Under the pieces are notes generated by a model that was not told where the DNA came from, did not search any database, and saw only the letters and a list, made by a program, of their open reading frames with translations. A stretch of 64,000 nt of DNA from an uncultured Gemmatimonadales bacterium (GTDB lineage: Bacteria; Gemmatimonadota; Gemmatimonadetes; Longimicrobiales; Gaopeijiaceae), in the NCBI GenBank assembly GCA_963823035.1, contig CAWGKG010000014.1:64001-128000 (forward strand). Direction: 5' to 3'. A program made the translations under genes and the position numbers. Positions 46,584 through 57,838 of this stretch are shown piece by piece. How positions within the stretch are numbered: position 1 is the stretch's first letter; each line of letters begins with the position of its first letter.

Positions 46584-47274
46584 GCGCGCTCCGCGCTCGA
46601 GGCCTTGACGTACCGGGGCTCCCACGTCTCGAGCGCCGCCACCGGAGGAGCGTCCCGGTGCATCGCCAGGTAGCGCACCAACGCGTCGCCCGACGGCTCC
46701 CCGACGGGCTCTTCCAGCACGGCGAAGCCGGCCGCCTCGATCGCGGGCCGATGGCGTTGGGCGCCGTCGCCCGCGAAGGCCGCACCCACCGGCACGTCGG
46801 AGGCCAGCAGGGTACGCAGGTCCGTGGCGTAGGGCTCCACGAGCGTCTCGAGGCCGTCGGTGCCCACCGCGTAGCACGCGGCGTACACGCGGTCGGCTCG
46901 CGCGTCGAAGAGGACATAGCGAACGCCGTGGCCGTCGTCGGCCAGGGCGCCCGCGGCCAGGCTGGACACGGCCCACAGCGGCACGCCGCGGGCGCGCGCG
47001 AGCCCCTTCGCCGTCGCCGCGGCGATGCGCACGCCCGTGAAGGACCCGGGACCCTCGCCCACCAACACGCCACCCACTTCCTCGATGTCGACGCTCGCCT
47101 CGGTGAGCGCGGCGTCCACCGCGGGCACCAAGCGCGGACGCGTGCCCACCCTTGCGCTCGAGCCGGCGTCGGGCCAGCACCTGCGGGCCGCGCGACACCG
47201 CCACGTGTCCGACCGGCCCCGAGGTGTCCAGGGCCAGGTAGAAGCCGGAGGTCGGAGAAGCCCGGCGCGCTCAC
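46571..47274 (-). CDS. tsaB: tRNA threonylcarbamoyladenosine biosynthesis protein TsaB; frameshifts near 47240 and 47140
   Basis: YLALDTS (manual reading), GEGPGSFTGVRI, FDARADRVY, WEPRYVK; lies between tsaE and rimI. Confidence 0.92.
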
Positions 47275-47738
47275 CGCCCGCCGCTCACCTGCATCGGGAA
47301 GCCCACCAGCTCGGGGGGAGAGCCCACGCGGCGCACCGAGATGTCGCGGAGCAGCGGGGCCCCCGACACCGGCGACAGCTCGATCTCCCAGCGATCGTCG
47401 GGCATGAGGGGCCCGGCGCGCTCCGGCCACTCCACGAGCACGATCTCGTTCATCTGGCCGAGGTCGTCCCAGCCCAGCTCCCGGAGATCCTCCGGGTCGT
47501 CGATGCGGTACAGGTCGAGGTGCACGACCTCGAGACCCAGCCGGGCCGGGTAGCGGAAGAGGAGGTTGAAGGAGGGCGACGGCATCGGGCGCGTCACCCC
47601 GGCGCCCTGCCCGATCGCCCGCGCCAGCACGGACTTGCCCGCGCCCAGCGGGCCCTTGAGCCCGAGGAAGATCGGCGTCTCGACCGTTCGGCCGATGCGC
47701 TCCCCCCAGCGCTCCACGCCCGGCTCGTCGAGCCTCAT
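47271..47738 (-). CDS. tsaE: tRNA threonylcarbamoyladenosine biosynthesis ATPase TsaE
   Basis: GPLGAGKS, SPSFNL, HLDLYRI, VEWPE. Confidence 0.95.
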   Translation of the reverse strand: MRLDEPGVERWGERIGRTVETPIFLGLKGPLGAGKSVLARAIGQGAGVTRPMPSPSFNLLFRYPARLGLEVVHLDLYRIDDPEDLRELGWDDLGQMNEIVLVEWPERAGPLMPDDRWEIELSPVSGAPLLRDISVRRVGSPPELVGFPMQVSGGR

Positions 47739-48724
47739 GACGCGGCCGGATCCCCGTCCGCGGCGGGAGCCTGCCGCTGTCGCGTCAGCCAGGCGACGGT
47801 GCGGCGGAGCCCCTCGGCCAGCGGCACCCGCACCTCGTAGCCCAGGCGTTCCCGGATCTTGGTGAGATCGGCGAGCGAGTCCCGCACCTCCCCCGCCCGC
47901 CCCGGCGCGTGCTCGGCGTCGACGCGCGCTCCCGTGATCTCGCGGATCTCCTCCCAGACGCGCGCCACGCTGATGCGCTCCCCACACCCGACGTTGAAGA
48001 CCTCGCCCACCACGCCCTCCGCCTGCGCGGAACAGGCGCGGAAGTTGGCGTGGACGACGTTCTCGACGTACGTGAAGTCGCGCGTCTGGCCGCCGTCCCC
48101 GAGGATGGTCGGCGCCCGCCCGTCCAACGCCGCGTCGGCGAAGAGCGGGATCGCCGCGGAATAGGGGGAGTGCGGGTCCTGGCGCGGCCCGAAGACGTTG
48201 AAGTACCGGAGCACGACCGTGCCCAGGCCGAAGAGCGCCGGGAAGACCTGCGCGTAGTGCTCACCGGCCAGCTTCGCCACGGCGTAGGGCGATCGGGGGC
48301 TCGTGGCCATGTCCTCGTGCTTCGGGAGCGTGGGCGTGTCGCCGTAGGCCGACGACGAGCCCGCGTACACGAAGCGCCGCACGCCCGCCTGCGCAGCCGC
48401 GTGCAGCATGTTGAGCGTGCCGGTCGCGCTCACCTCGTGGGTGGGGCGCGGGTCCGTGACGGAGCGCTGCACCGAGGGGAGCGAAGCCTCGTGCAGGACG
48501 TAGTCGACCCCGGCGCACGCCGCGCGGCACGCGCTCAGGTCGGTGACCGACGCCTCGTGCAGGTCGATGCGGTCGGCGAACGGCGCGAGGTTCTCACGCC
48601 GGCCCGTGGAGAAGTCGTCGAGCACACGCACCCTCGCGCCCCCCTCCAGGAGGTGCTCGACGAGGTGCGACCCGATGAACCCGGCGCCGCCGGTGACCAG
48701 TACGGTGGTGTCTTCGAAGCTCAT
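47735..48724 (-). CDS. SDR-family NAD-dependent epimerase (WbpP/TviC-like UDP-GlcNAc(A) 4-epimerase)
   Basis: LVTGGAGFIGSH, LPSVQRSV.DP, SSSAYGD, SPYAVAK, LRYFNVFGPRQDP.SPYSAAIP. Confidence 0.9.
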   Translation of the reverse strand: MSFEDTTVLVTGGAGFIGSHLVEHLLEGGARVRVLDDFSTGRRENLAPFADRIDLHEASVTDLSACRAACAGVDYVLHEASLPSVQRSVTDPRPTHEVSATGTLNMLHAAAQAGVRRFVYAGSSSAYGDTPTLPKHEDMATSPRSPYAVAKLAGEHYAQVFPALFGLGTVVLRYFNVFGPRQDPHSPYSAAIPLFADAALDGRAPTILGDGGQTRDFTYVENVVHANFRACSAQAEGVVGEVFNVGCGERISVARVWEEIREITGARVDAEHAPGRAGEVRDSLADLTKIRERLGYEVRVPLAEGLRRTVAWLTRQRQAPAADGDPAAS

Positions 48725-48735
48725 GGAGGGTCAAT

Positions 48736-49362
48736 CTAACCACCGTACAACGCCTCGCGCATGATGACGTCCAGGACCGCCGGCGGCACGAGGGACGAGA
48801 CGTCCTCACGAGCACGCACGCGCGCCCTCACGCCGGAGGAGGAGACGTCCACCCGCGTCACCGGCACGTGCACCGCGCGCTCCATCCCCGGGAGGTCCGG
48901 TGCCACCGCCGCGGCCGACTCCCCCTCGCGGTCCATGATGGCCAGCGTGGCCAGGCGCAGGATCTCCTCCGGCTCCCGCCATCCGGTGTCGAGCGTGCGC
49001 ACCTGGTCGGCGCCGAGGATCAGGAAGAGGGACGCCTCGGGATCGCGCGCCCGCAACGCCCGCAGCGTGTCCACCGTCCAGGACGGACCGGGGCGGTCGA
49101 GCTCGATGTCGGAGACCTCGAAGCGCGGGTCGGAGGAGGCTGCCGCGGCGGTCATCTCCCGGCGGAGCGGGGCCCCGGTGATCTCCCGATCCGGCTTGTG
49201 CACGGGGTCGCGGGCCGGGATCCAGAGCACGCGGTCGAGCGCCAGGGCGTCCGCGACATCGCGGGCCACCGCGACGTGCCCCACGTGGGGAGGGTCGAAC
49301 GTGCCGCCGAAGACGCCGACGCGGGGTCGGAGGCCTTCGCTATGCGTGCTGTCCGTTGCCAT
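48736..49362 (-). CDS. nadD: Nicotinate-nucleotide adenylyltransferase
   Basis: GVFGGTFDPPHVGH, SWTVDTL, ILGAD, VSSSGVR. Confidence 0.95.
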   Translation of the reverse strand: MATDSTHSEGLRPRVGVFGGTFDPPHVGHVAVARDVADALALDRVLWIPARDPVHKPDREITGAPLRREMTAAAASSDPRFEVSDIELDRPGPSWTVDTLRALRARDPEASLFLILGADQVRTLDTGWREPEEILRLATLAIMDREGESAAAVAPDLPGMERAVHVPVTRVDVSSSGVRARVRAREDVSSLVPPAVLDVIMREALYGG

Positions 49363-50089
49363 CGGCGCGCACCGAGGACGCCGCCGGAGAATCCGGATAC
49401 TGCTCCAGCAGCTTGGTGCGCGCGTCATCGGCGAGGTCGTCGTAGCCGATGGCCTTGTTGGACTCGTAGATCCCCAGGAGCGCGCGCGGGGCGTACTCCG
49501 TCTCGGGATAGAGCTGCACCACGAACTCGTAGTACTTGATCGCCGAATCGAAGAGCTTCCGGCGGAAGTAGAAGTCCGCGTTCAGGTACTCCTTCTCGGC
49601 GAGCTTCACCCGCATGTCGTTGGCGAGCGTCGCCGCATCCTGAGCCTGCGGCGTGCCGGCGTAGTCGGTCACCACGTTGCGGCAGGTGGTGATCGCCTCG
49701 TTCGTGTACCCCTGGTCACGCTCCGGCACGGGCGAGAGGGCGACCAGCGACTTGCACATGCCGAGGGCCGCGACCGGGGCGCCGTCGTCGCCCGGATACC
49801 GGTCGATGAAACGCTGGTACTCGGAGCGCGCCGTGAGGTAGTCGCCCTTGCCGAAATACGAATCGGCGATCATCAGGCGCGCGTCCGACGCGTAGTCCGA
49901 CGCGCCGAAGGAGATGAAGAAGCGGTCCAGCGCTCGAATCGCGTCGTCCCATTCGTGGTCCTGGAACTTCTGCTGGGCGAGCATGAAGAGCTGCTCGTCC
50001 GTCATGCCCTGGTAGGGGTTGGCGGAGCCGCAGCCCGTGAGGGCCGCCGCGAGAACCACGAAGGCGAGGTGTCGTACGGTCGAGGACAT
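49340..50089 (-). CDS. bamD: Outer-membrane protein assembly factor BamD
   Basis: Lipobox LTGC, TPRs, YQRFIDRYP, ERDQGYT, LAEKEYLNADFY. Confidence 0.92.
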   Translation of the reverse strand: MSSTVRHLAFVVLAAALTGCGSANPYQGMTDEQLFMLAQQKFQDHEWDDAIRALDRFFISFGASDYASDARLMIADSYFGKGDYLTARSEYQRFIDRYPGDDGAPVAALGMCKSLVALSPVPERDQGYTNEAITTCRNVVTDYAGTPQAQDAATLANDMRVKLAEKEYLNADFYFRRKLFDSAIKYYEFVVQLYPETEYAPRALLGIYESNKAIGYDDLADDARTKLLEQYPDSPAASSVRADGNGQHA

Positions 50090-50157
50090 CCGTTGGAAAT
50101 ACCCGCTGGAGTGGTTGGGGTTTCTGGCGAAGCCGTCCGGGTGAGCCCGGTCTCTCG

Positions 50158-51118
50158 TCAGCGGCATCGACCGCCGCGGAGGGACTCGAGCCCCCGGCCG
50201 AAGCGGATCTCGTCGAAGCGGGCCTGGGCCCGGTCGACGAGCGAAGCGTTGTTGTCCAACGTGCGTACCCGCGCGTAGGCGTCCATGGCGGCCTGGCACT
50301 CGCCCAGCTGCGAGAGGATCTCCGCCTTCTCGAACCAGGCCTGGCCGAGGATGTTCCGCGGCGCCCCCACCTCGATCGCGCGGTTCACGCGCAGCAACGC
50401 GGACTCCAGCTCCGGCTCGGTCTGCTCGGGCTCCGCGCGGATCTCGCGTGCCAGGTTGAAGGAGCACGTGCCGATGTACCAGTCCACCTCGTCGCGCCGC
50501 CAGGGACGGACCATGCTCCGGTAGCGCTCGAAGAAGATCAGCGCGTGCGCGCAGTCACCGATCTCCTCGTAGGCCTGCCCCACCTCGAAGACGATGTCCG
50601 AGGTGGCGGAATCCGCGACCTCGGCCAGGGCCTGCGTGTAGAATGGAAGGGCCCGACCGTACTCGCCGGCCTGGAAGTAGTGGCGCGCCAGGTCGAGCGA
50701 CATGTCGGAGACGCCGATGCCCGGACGGATGTGCAGCGCCTCCTCGACGGCGGACGCCATCGCGAAGCGGTCCTTCCGCTCGCGGGCCTCGAGGGCCATG
50801 CGCATCAGGTCCGCCACCGCCTGGTCCTCCATCGTGGAGTCCTTCTGGGCGGCCTCCAGGTAGAACGCGCCGGCGTCGTCCACGCGGTCCATCATCGCGT
50901 ACGTGTGCGCCACCCGGGCCAGCGTCTCCCCGTCGTCGGCGCCCTGGCGCACGGCGAGCCGATACTCGGCGAGGGCCTCGTCGTACTTCCCCATCGCGAA
51001 GGCCTCGTCACCGCGGCGGACGGAGCTCTGCTCGGTCGCGCCGGGCCGAGCACGCCGCCGTGGCGAGGCAGGCGAGCGCGAGGAGGACGCGGATTCTCGG
51101 GGGGGCGGTCGATCGCAT
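50158..51118 (-). CDS. TPR-repeat lipoprotein; frameshift near 51040
   Basis: MRSTAPPRIRVLLALACLATAAC lipoprotein signal, then TPR helices in ORF 50158..50994; -10-like TATATT at 51171-51166. Confidence 0.75.
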
Positions 51119-51195
51119 CACGGTTCCGGTTCCGGGGTTCGGCGCTTCCGCGCCGAGCGGCATGCAATATAGTCGCCCCGTGCCGCCCCGGTTCC

Positions 51196-51943
51196 TCAGT
51201 CGGGCTTCCCCGGTTCCCCGACGCCCTGCGTCGAACGTGACGCCGACCGAGGCCAGGTAGGCCCGCGGGCGCATGTCGTCCGGCGCGTCCTCGGCGGACC
51301 GCGTCCATTCGCGGATCGCCGCCGGGTCGTCTCCCAGGCGGTGGAGCACCACCCCCAGCCGAACGCGCGCACCCACGAAGCCGGGACGAGCGTCCAGGAT
51401 GTCCTCGAGCTCCTCACGAGCCTGCTGGAGGTCGCCCAGCTCGATGAGCGCCTCGGCATACTTGCTCCGGATGTCCATGAAGCGGGGTCGGATGTCGAGG
51501 GCCGACCGGTAGTGCTGCGCGGCTTCCTTCGGATGGTTGGCCACCAGGTACAGGTCACCGAGCTGGGCGTGCGTCACGGCGATCCGGTTGCCGACCTCGG
51601 AGGGAAAGTCACGCGAATCGCGCGTGTCGAGCTCCCCGGCGCGGCTGAAGGCCGCGTGCGCCTCCTCGTGGCGGCCCAGCTCGTTGAGGACGATCCCCCG
51701 GTTCAGGTGGGCCTCGGCGTACGAGCTGTTGAGCTCGAGCGCCCTGTCGAAGTGCACCAGGGCCTCGTCCGGACGGCCGAGCATGGCCAGACAGAGCCCC
51801 GCCTTGTTGTGCACGTCCGCGAAGTACGGGTGGTCGACGAGCACCTCGTGGAACGTGGTCAGCGCCGACTCGTAGTCCTCGCGCTCCCACGCGCTCAACC
51901 CTCGCGCGACGACGTCGCGCGCCTGGTGGGGGTTGTTGGCCAT
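51196..51943 (-). CDS. Cytoplasmic TPR-repeat protein (3' end uncertain)
   Basis: About 6 TPRs (FADVHNKAGLCL, YAEAHLNRGIVL, FMDIRSKYAEAL, FVGARVRLGVVL). As read, the frame runs on to 51008; a stop at 51196 needs one indel. Confidence 0.8.
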
Positions 51944-51984
51944 GCCGCCGAGTTCGGGGTTGGGGGGAAGGGGGAAAAGGGCCG

Positions 51985-52945
51985 CTAGAGCGTACGCGCC
52001 ACCGCCTCGTCGCGCTCGACCAGCTCCCGGAAGTAGTCGATCGTGCGGCGCAGGCCCTCCCGCAGGGACACCTGCGGCTCCCACCCCAGGCGGGCCCTCG
52101 CGATCGTGATGTCCGGCCGGCGCACCTTGGGATCGTCCTCCGGCAGGGGGAGGCGGCGCAGCTCGGAGGCGCTCCCCGTCTCCTCGATCACCATCTCCGC
52201 GAGCTCGAGGATCGTGAACTCCTTCGGGTTGCCGATGTTCATCGGGTTCGTGTAGTCCGAATGGAAGAGCCCGTAGATCCCCGTCACCTCGTCCGAGACG
52301 TAGCTGAACGAGCGCGTCTGGTTGCCCTCACCGTACACCGACAGCGCCTCGCCGCGCAGCGCCTGGACGATGAAGTTCGAGACCACGCGACCGTCGGCCG
52401 CGCGCATGCGCGGACCGTAGGTGTTGAAGATCCGCACGATGCGGGTGTCCACCTCGTGGTAGCGGTGGTAGGCCATCGTCATGGCCTCCGCGAAGCGCTT
52501 GGCCTCGTCGTACACGCCGCGCACGCCGATCGGGTTCACGTTCCCCCAATAGGTCTCGACCTGCGGGTGCACGAGCGGGATCGCCGTACACCTCCGAGGT
52601 GGAAGCGAGCAGGAAGCGCGCCTCCTTGGCCAGGGCGATTCCGAGCGCGTTGTGCGTGCCCAGGCTACCGACCTTGAGCGTCTGGATCGGCAGCTCGAGG
52701 TAGTCGACCGGACTTGCCGGGGAGGCGAAGTGCAGCACCCCGTCCAGGCGGCCCGCGATGATGATCGGCCTGGAGATGTCGTGCTCCACCAGCTCGAAGC
52801 CGTCCCGGGCCGAGAGCGCTTCGGCGTTGCCCCGCGAGCCCGTGATGAAGTTGTCGAGGCCGATGACCTGGTGGCCGTCGTCGAGGAAGCGGTCGGCGAG
52901 GTGCGAGCCCAGGAAGCCGGCCGCACCCGTGATGAGGACGCGCAC
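51985..52945 (-). CDS. UDP-glucuronate decarboxylase (UDP-xylose synthase); frameshift near 52575
   Basis: [66 protein letters not shown]. Confidence 0.93.
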
Positions 52946-52946
52946 G

Positions 52947-54281
52947 TCAGCGCGTCCCGATCGCGGAGGCCGGCACCGACGCGGCCCGACCGATGCAGGA
53001 GTACTCGAAGCCCTTCCCTGCCATGGACTCCGGGTTCCACAGGTTTCGTCCATCGAAGACCAGCGGCGTCTTCATCGCGGCCTTCATGCGCGCGAAGTCC
53101 GGGCGGCGGTATGGGTGCCACTCCGTGTGGATCACCAGGGCGTCCGCCCCGTCCAGCGCGGCGTAGTTGTTGGCCGCGTAGGAGATCCGGTCGCCGAGGT
53201 GGCGGCGCGCCTCCTCCATCGCCACCGGATCGTGGGCCACCACCTTCGCTCCACGGGCCAGCAGCCCCTCGATCGTCACCAGGCTCGGCGCCTCCCGCAT
53301 GTCGTCCGTGTTGGGCTTGAACGCCAGCCCCCAGACCGCCACGGTGCGCCCGGTCAGGTCCTCCCCCAGCCGCTCGGTGAGCCGATCGAGGAGGATGCGC
53401 TTCTGCCGGTCGTTCACGTCTTCGACGGCCCGCAGGATCGACGCGTCGGCGCCCAGGTCCGTCATCGTGCGCATCAGCGCCTTCACGTCCTTCGGGAAGC
53501 AGCTCCCCCCGTAGCCCGCACCCGGGTACAGGAAGGCCGGGCCGATGCGCAGATCCGTGCCCACGCCCTTGCGCACCGCGTTCACGTCGGCGCCCGTCTT
53601 CTCGCAGAGCTGCGCGATCGCGTTCATGAAGGAGATGCGGGTGGCCAGCATCGCGTTGGCGGCGTACTTGGTGATCTCGGCGGACGGCACGTCCATGATC
53701 AGGATCTCGTTGCCGCTGCGCACGAAGGGCGCGTACAGGTCGCGCAGCACCTCGCCGGCGTACTCCGAATCCACGCCCAGCACGACACGGTCCGGCTTCA
53801 TGAAGTCGTCGACCGCGGCCCCCTCCTTGAGGAACTCGGGGTTCGAGCACACGTGCACGGGAAGGTCCGTGTGCGCCTCGATCTCGGCCCGCACCAGCTT
53901 GGCCGTACCCACCGGAACCGTGCTCTTCGTGATGACGATCTTCTCGCTCTCCATGCTCTGGCCGATGGTGCGCGCCACCGCGAGCACGTGCTGCAGGTCG
54001 GCCGATCCGTCCTCGCCCGGGGGTGTGCCCACGGCGATGAAGACGATGTCGGAGGCGCGCACGGCCTCCGCCACGTCGGTGGTGTAGCGGATTCTGCCTG
54101 CCTCGAGGTTCGTCTGGATCATCTCCTCCAGGCCCGGCTCGTAGATCGGTACCTCGCCACGGCTCAGGCGCGCGACCTTGTCCTCGTCGATGTCCGCGGA
54201 AATCAGGTCGTTGCCGGACTCCGCGAGGCACGCGCCCAGGACGAGCCCCACGTATCCGGATCCGATGACGGCGACCTTCAT
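52947..54281 (-). CDS. ugd: UDP-glucose 6-dehydrogenase
   Basis: [53 protein letters not shown]. Confidence 0.96.
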   Translation of the reverse strand: MKVAVIGSGYVGLVLGACLAESGNDLISADIDEDKVARLSRGEVPIYEPGLEEMIQTNLEAGRIRYTTDVAEAVRASDIVFIAVGTPPGEDGSADLQHVLAVARTIGQSMESEKIVITKSTVPVGTAKLVRAEIEAHTDLPVHVCSNPEFLKEGAAVDDFMKPDRVVLGVDSEYAGEVLRDLYAPFVRSGNEILIMDVPSAEITKYAANAMLATRISFMNAIAQLCEKTGADVNAVRKGVGTDLRIGPAFLYPGAGYGGSCFPKDVKALMRTMTDLGADASILRAVEDVNDRQKRILLDRLTERLGEDLTGRTVAVWGLAFKPNTDDMREAPSLVTIEGLLARGAKVVAHDPVAMEEARRHLGDRISYAANNYAALDGADALVIHTEWHPYRRPDFARMKAAMKTPLVFDGRNLWNPESMAGKGFEYSCIGRAASVPASAIGTR

Positions 54282-54304
54282 GCAAGTACCCCTGGATCGG
54301 ATGG

Positions 54305-55415
54305 CTAGCGGTAGAAGTCGCGGACGGCTTCGGCGACCACGGCCAGCCGATCATCGCCCAATTCCGGGAAGATCGGAAGGCTCAGCACCTCCTCGCAGAG
54401 CCGCTTCCGTGACAGGAAGGTCTCCCGGGGCGTAGCCCAGCGAGGCGAAGCACTCCTGCATGTGGAGCGGGACCGGGTAGTAGACGCCCGAGCCGATGCC
54501 CCGCTCGGTGAGGTGGGCCTTGAGCTCGTCGCGGCGCTCCGCGCGGATCGTGTACTGATTGTAGATGTGGAAGTTGCCCTCGCCGACGGTGGGGGTGCGG
54601 ACGGCGTCCACGTCGGCGAGCATCCCCTCGTAGCGGCAGGCGTTCTCACGGCGCGCGGCGGTCCATCCCTCGAGGTACCGGAGCTTGACCCGCAGGACCG
54701 CCGCCTGCAGGGCGTCGAGACGCGAGTTGGTGCCCACCATCTCGTGTTGGTACATCTGCCGCCCCCCGTGCACGCGCAGCTTGGCGACCTTCTCGGCCAA
54801 CGCCGCATCGCCCGTGGTCACGAGCCCGCCGTCGCCGAAGGCGCCCAGGTTCTTCGTGGGGAAGAAGCTGAAGGCGGCGGCGTCTCCCGCGGAGCCCGCG
54901 ACGCCCGCCGCCGACTTCGCCCCGATCGCCTGGGCGGCGTCCTCGAGCACGAAGGCGCCGCGCAGCCCGGCCAGCGTGCGGATCTCGGCCATCGGCGCCA
55001 TCTGCCCGAAGAGGTGCACCGGCACCACCGCCACCGTGCGGTCCGTCCAGACGGACTCCAGGGACGCGGCCGTGACGTTGAACGTGTCCGGGTCGACATC
55101 GCAGAAGACAGGGCGCAGCCCCGCGTTCCAGACGGCGCCGGCGGTGGCGAAGAAGGTGAAGCTCGGAACGATCACTTCGGAGCCCGGCTCGGCGTCGAGC
55201 GCCCGGAGCGGGAGAAGGAGCGCGTCCGTCCCGCTGGCGCAACCCACCGCGTGCTTCACGCCGAGGTAGTCGGACAGCTCGGCTTCGAGGGCCTCCACCT
55301 CCGGGCCCAGGACGAAGCGCTGACTCTCGACGACGGCGAGGACTGCGGCGTCCAGCTCGGCGTGGATCGATCGGTACTGAGCGGTGAGGTCGAGGAGGGG
55401 TACGGATGGGCTCAC
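54305..55415 (-). CDS. DegT/DnrJ/EryC1/StrS sugar aminotransferase; frameshift near 54405
   Basis: [58 protein letters not shown] in a second frame. Confidence 0.94.
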
Positions 55416-55513
55416 GGTGGGCGGGCTTCGTTGTCGGTGGCTCGGCGTGCTTCGAGTCCCGAAGATCGCCCGGAAAGGGCGGGAACGGGAGAGATGTCCC
55501 GTACCCTTCCCGA

Positions 55514-55699
55514 TCAGGTCATCGGGTGTGCCTCGTCCATCGTCGTTTCGGAAGGCGAGTCCCCCGGCTCCGTACGCTCCGCGAAGGCCATGAGCCGCAG
55601 GATCGTCCGGGTATCGTAGAGATCGACTTCCTCATCCGGTGGAAAGCCCTCGAAGAGCTGAGGGAAGTCGCCGTAGCGCATCGGTCGCCCGTCCTGCAT
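55514..55699 (-). CDS. Small acidic hypothetical protein (61 aa)
   Basis: GAGGAG Shine-Dalgarno (55709-55704) before ATG 55699, GC3-biased codons, fills the uvrB-degT gap. Confidence 0.55.
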   Translation of the reverse strand: MQDGRPMRYGDFPQLFEGFPPDEEVDLYDTRTILRLMAFAERTEPGDSPSETTMDEAHPMT

Positions 55700-55840
55700 C
55701 CCGCTCCTCGAGCCTGGGAAGTCGGGAGGATCCAACCACGCTACGCGCGGGCTATCGGCACGGCCACACTTGGTTGTCTGAGCAACACTTTCCCCTGGAC
55801 GCCGCCAGGTCCGGCTTGCCCTCCGGCGCGCGGATCGTCC

Positions 55841-57838
55841 CTACTTCTTCGCCGCCCTCAGCTCGAAGAGCTGGTCCCGCAGGAGCGCCGCCCGCTCGAA
55901 GTCCAGCGACTCGGCGGCCTCCGCCATCTCCTGCTCGAGGATCTTCACGTACTCCTCGCGATTCACCTCGTCGGCGTAGGTGGCGCGACCTTCGGCGATC
56001 GCGGCGGGCGCCGTGCGGGCGTCGGCCACGCGGGTGCTGAAGCCGATCTCCTCGATGCTCTTGAGGATGGTCGCCGGCGTGATGCCGTGTACGCGGTTGT
56101 GCTCGATCTGGATCTCTCGACGCCGGTTCGTCTCGTCCAGGCAGCGCTGCATCGACGCCGTGACGCGGTCGGCGTACAGGATCGCCACGCTGCCGACGTT
56201 GCGCGCGGCGCGGCCGATGGTCTGGATGAGGGAGCGGGCGTCCCGCAGGAAGCCCTCCTTGTCGGCGTCGAGGATCGCCACGAGCGACACCTCGGGGAGG
56301 TCGAGCCCCTCGCGCAGGAGGTTGATGCCGACCAGGACGTCGATCTTGCCGAGGCGGAGCTGCCGGATGATGGCCATGCGCTCGATCGTGTCGACCTCGG
56401 AGTGCATGTAGCGCACGCGTACCCCGACGCTCTGCAGGTACTCGCTCAGGTCCTCGGCCATGCGCTTGGTGAGCGTGGTCACGAGCACCCGCTCGTTCTT
56501 CCTCTCCCGGTCACGGATCTCCGCCAGGAGGTCGTCGACCTGCCCCTTCACCGGGCGCACCTCCACCTGAGGATCGACGAGCCCGGTGGGGCGGATGATC
56601 TGCTCGACCACCACGCCGCCCGCCTGCCGGAGCTCCCAGTCGCCGGGTGTGGCCGAGACGTAGACCACGTGGTCCAACATCCCCTCCCACTCGACGAACT
56701 TCAGCGGGCGGTTGTCCAGCGCGCTCGGCAGGCGGAAGCCGTGCTCGATGAGCGTGAGCTTCCGAGAGCGGTCGCCGTTGTACATCCCGTTGATCTGCGG
56801 GATCGAGGCGTGGCTCTCGTCCACGATCATGAGGAAGTCGGCCGGGAAGTAGTCCAGGAGGCAGGCGGGCCGATCGCCGGGTCGGCGGTGGCTCGTGTAG
56901 AGCGAGTAGTTCTCGATCCCCGGACAGGTGCCGATCTCGAGCATCATCTCCAGATCGAAGTTCGTGCGCTGCTCCAGCCGCTGCGCCTCCAGGAGCTTGC
57001 CGTCCTCGCGGAAGCGCTCGAGGTGCTCCTTCAGCTCCGCGCGGATGTGCGGGACCATCTCCTCGATCGTGCGCCGCCGCGTCACGTAGTGGCTGGCCGG
57101 GTAGATCGCGGTGCGGTCGAGCGCGGTGATGATCTCGCCCGTGAGCGGATCGAACCGGCTGATGCGCTCCACCTCGTCGCCCCACAGCTCGACGCGGATG
57201 GCCTGCTCGTCGTAGGCCGGGAAGATCTCGACGGTGTCGCCGCGCACGCGGAAGGCGCCGCGCTCGAAGAGGTAGTCGTTCCTCTTGTACTGGATGTCGA
57301 CCAGGCCGCGCAGGATCTCCTTGCGGGGCTTCTCGTCGCCGACCTTGAGGTGGAGCATGAGTGCGCGATAGTCGGCCGGGTTGCCCAGGCCGTAGATGCT
57401 CGACACGCTCGCCACCACGATCACGTCCTCGCGCTCGACCAGGCTGGAGGTGGCCCGGAGCCTCAGGCGCTCGATGTCCTCGTTGATCGACGCGTCCTTC
57501 TCGATGTACGTGTCGGTCGCCGGGACGTAGGCCTCGGGCTGGTAGTAGTCGTAGTAGGAGATGAAGTACTCGACGGCGTTGTGCGGGAAGAGCGCCTTCA
57601 GCTCTCCGTAGAGCTGGGCCGCGAGCGTCTTGTTGTGGCTCATGACCAGCGTGGGCCGACCGTGCCGCGCGATCACGTGCGCCATCGTGAACGTCTTGCC
57701 CGTGCCCGTGGCGCCCAGCAGCACCTGGCTCCTGTCGCCGCGCGCGAGGGCCTCGGACAGCTCCTCGATGGCGCGGGGCTGGTCGCCCGAGGGCGTGTGC
57801 GGGGAGACCAGCTCGAACGCGGCGGACCCTACACCCAC
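55841..57838 (-). CDS. uvrB: Excinuclease ABC subunit UvrB
   Basis: [51 protein letters not shown]-terminal UVR domain. Confidence 0.98.
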   Translation of the reverse strand: MGVGSAAFELVSPHTPSGDQPRAIEELSEALARGDRSQVLLGATGTGKTFTMAHVIARHGRPTLVMSHNKTLAAQLYGELKALFPHNAVEYFISYYDYYQPEAYVPATDTYIEKDASINEDIERLRLRATSSLVEREDVIVVASVSSIYGLGNPADYRALMLHLKVGDEKPRKEILRGLVDIQYKRNDYLFERGAFRVRGDTVEIFPAYDEQAIRVELWGDEVERISRFDPLTGEIITALDRTAIYPASHYVTRRRTIEEMVPHIRAELKEHLERFREDGKLLEAQRLEQRTNFDLEMMLEIGTCPGIENYSLYTSHRRPGDRPACLLDYFPADFLMIVDESHASIPQINGMYNGDRSRKLTLIEHGFRLPSALDNRPLKFVEWEGMLDHVVYVSATPGDWELRQAGGVVVEQIIRPTGLVDPQVEVRPVKGQVDDLLAEIRDRERKNERVLVTTLTKRMAEDLSEYLQSVGVRVRYMHSEVDTIERMAIIRQLRLGKIDVLVGINLLREGLDLPEVSLVAILDADKEGFLRDARSLIQTIGRAARNVGSVAILYADRVTASMQRCLDETNRRREIQIEHNRVHGITPATILKSIEEIGFSTRVADARTAPAAIAEGRATYADEVNREEYVKILEQEMAEAAESLDFERAALLRDQLFELRAAKK

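Noticed and set aside
51008..51943. Fusion of the cytoplasmic TPR protein to the downstream lipoprotein signal peptide
   Set aside because: The joining segment looks non-coding and contains a -10-like TATATT; a single indel restores a stop at 51196.
55737..55750. ops/JUMPStart-like GCGCGTAGCGTG upstream of the sugar operon
   Set aside because: Does not match the GGCGGTAG core and is likely by chance at this GC content.
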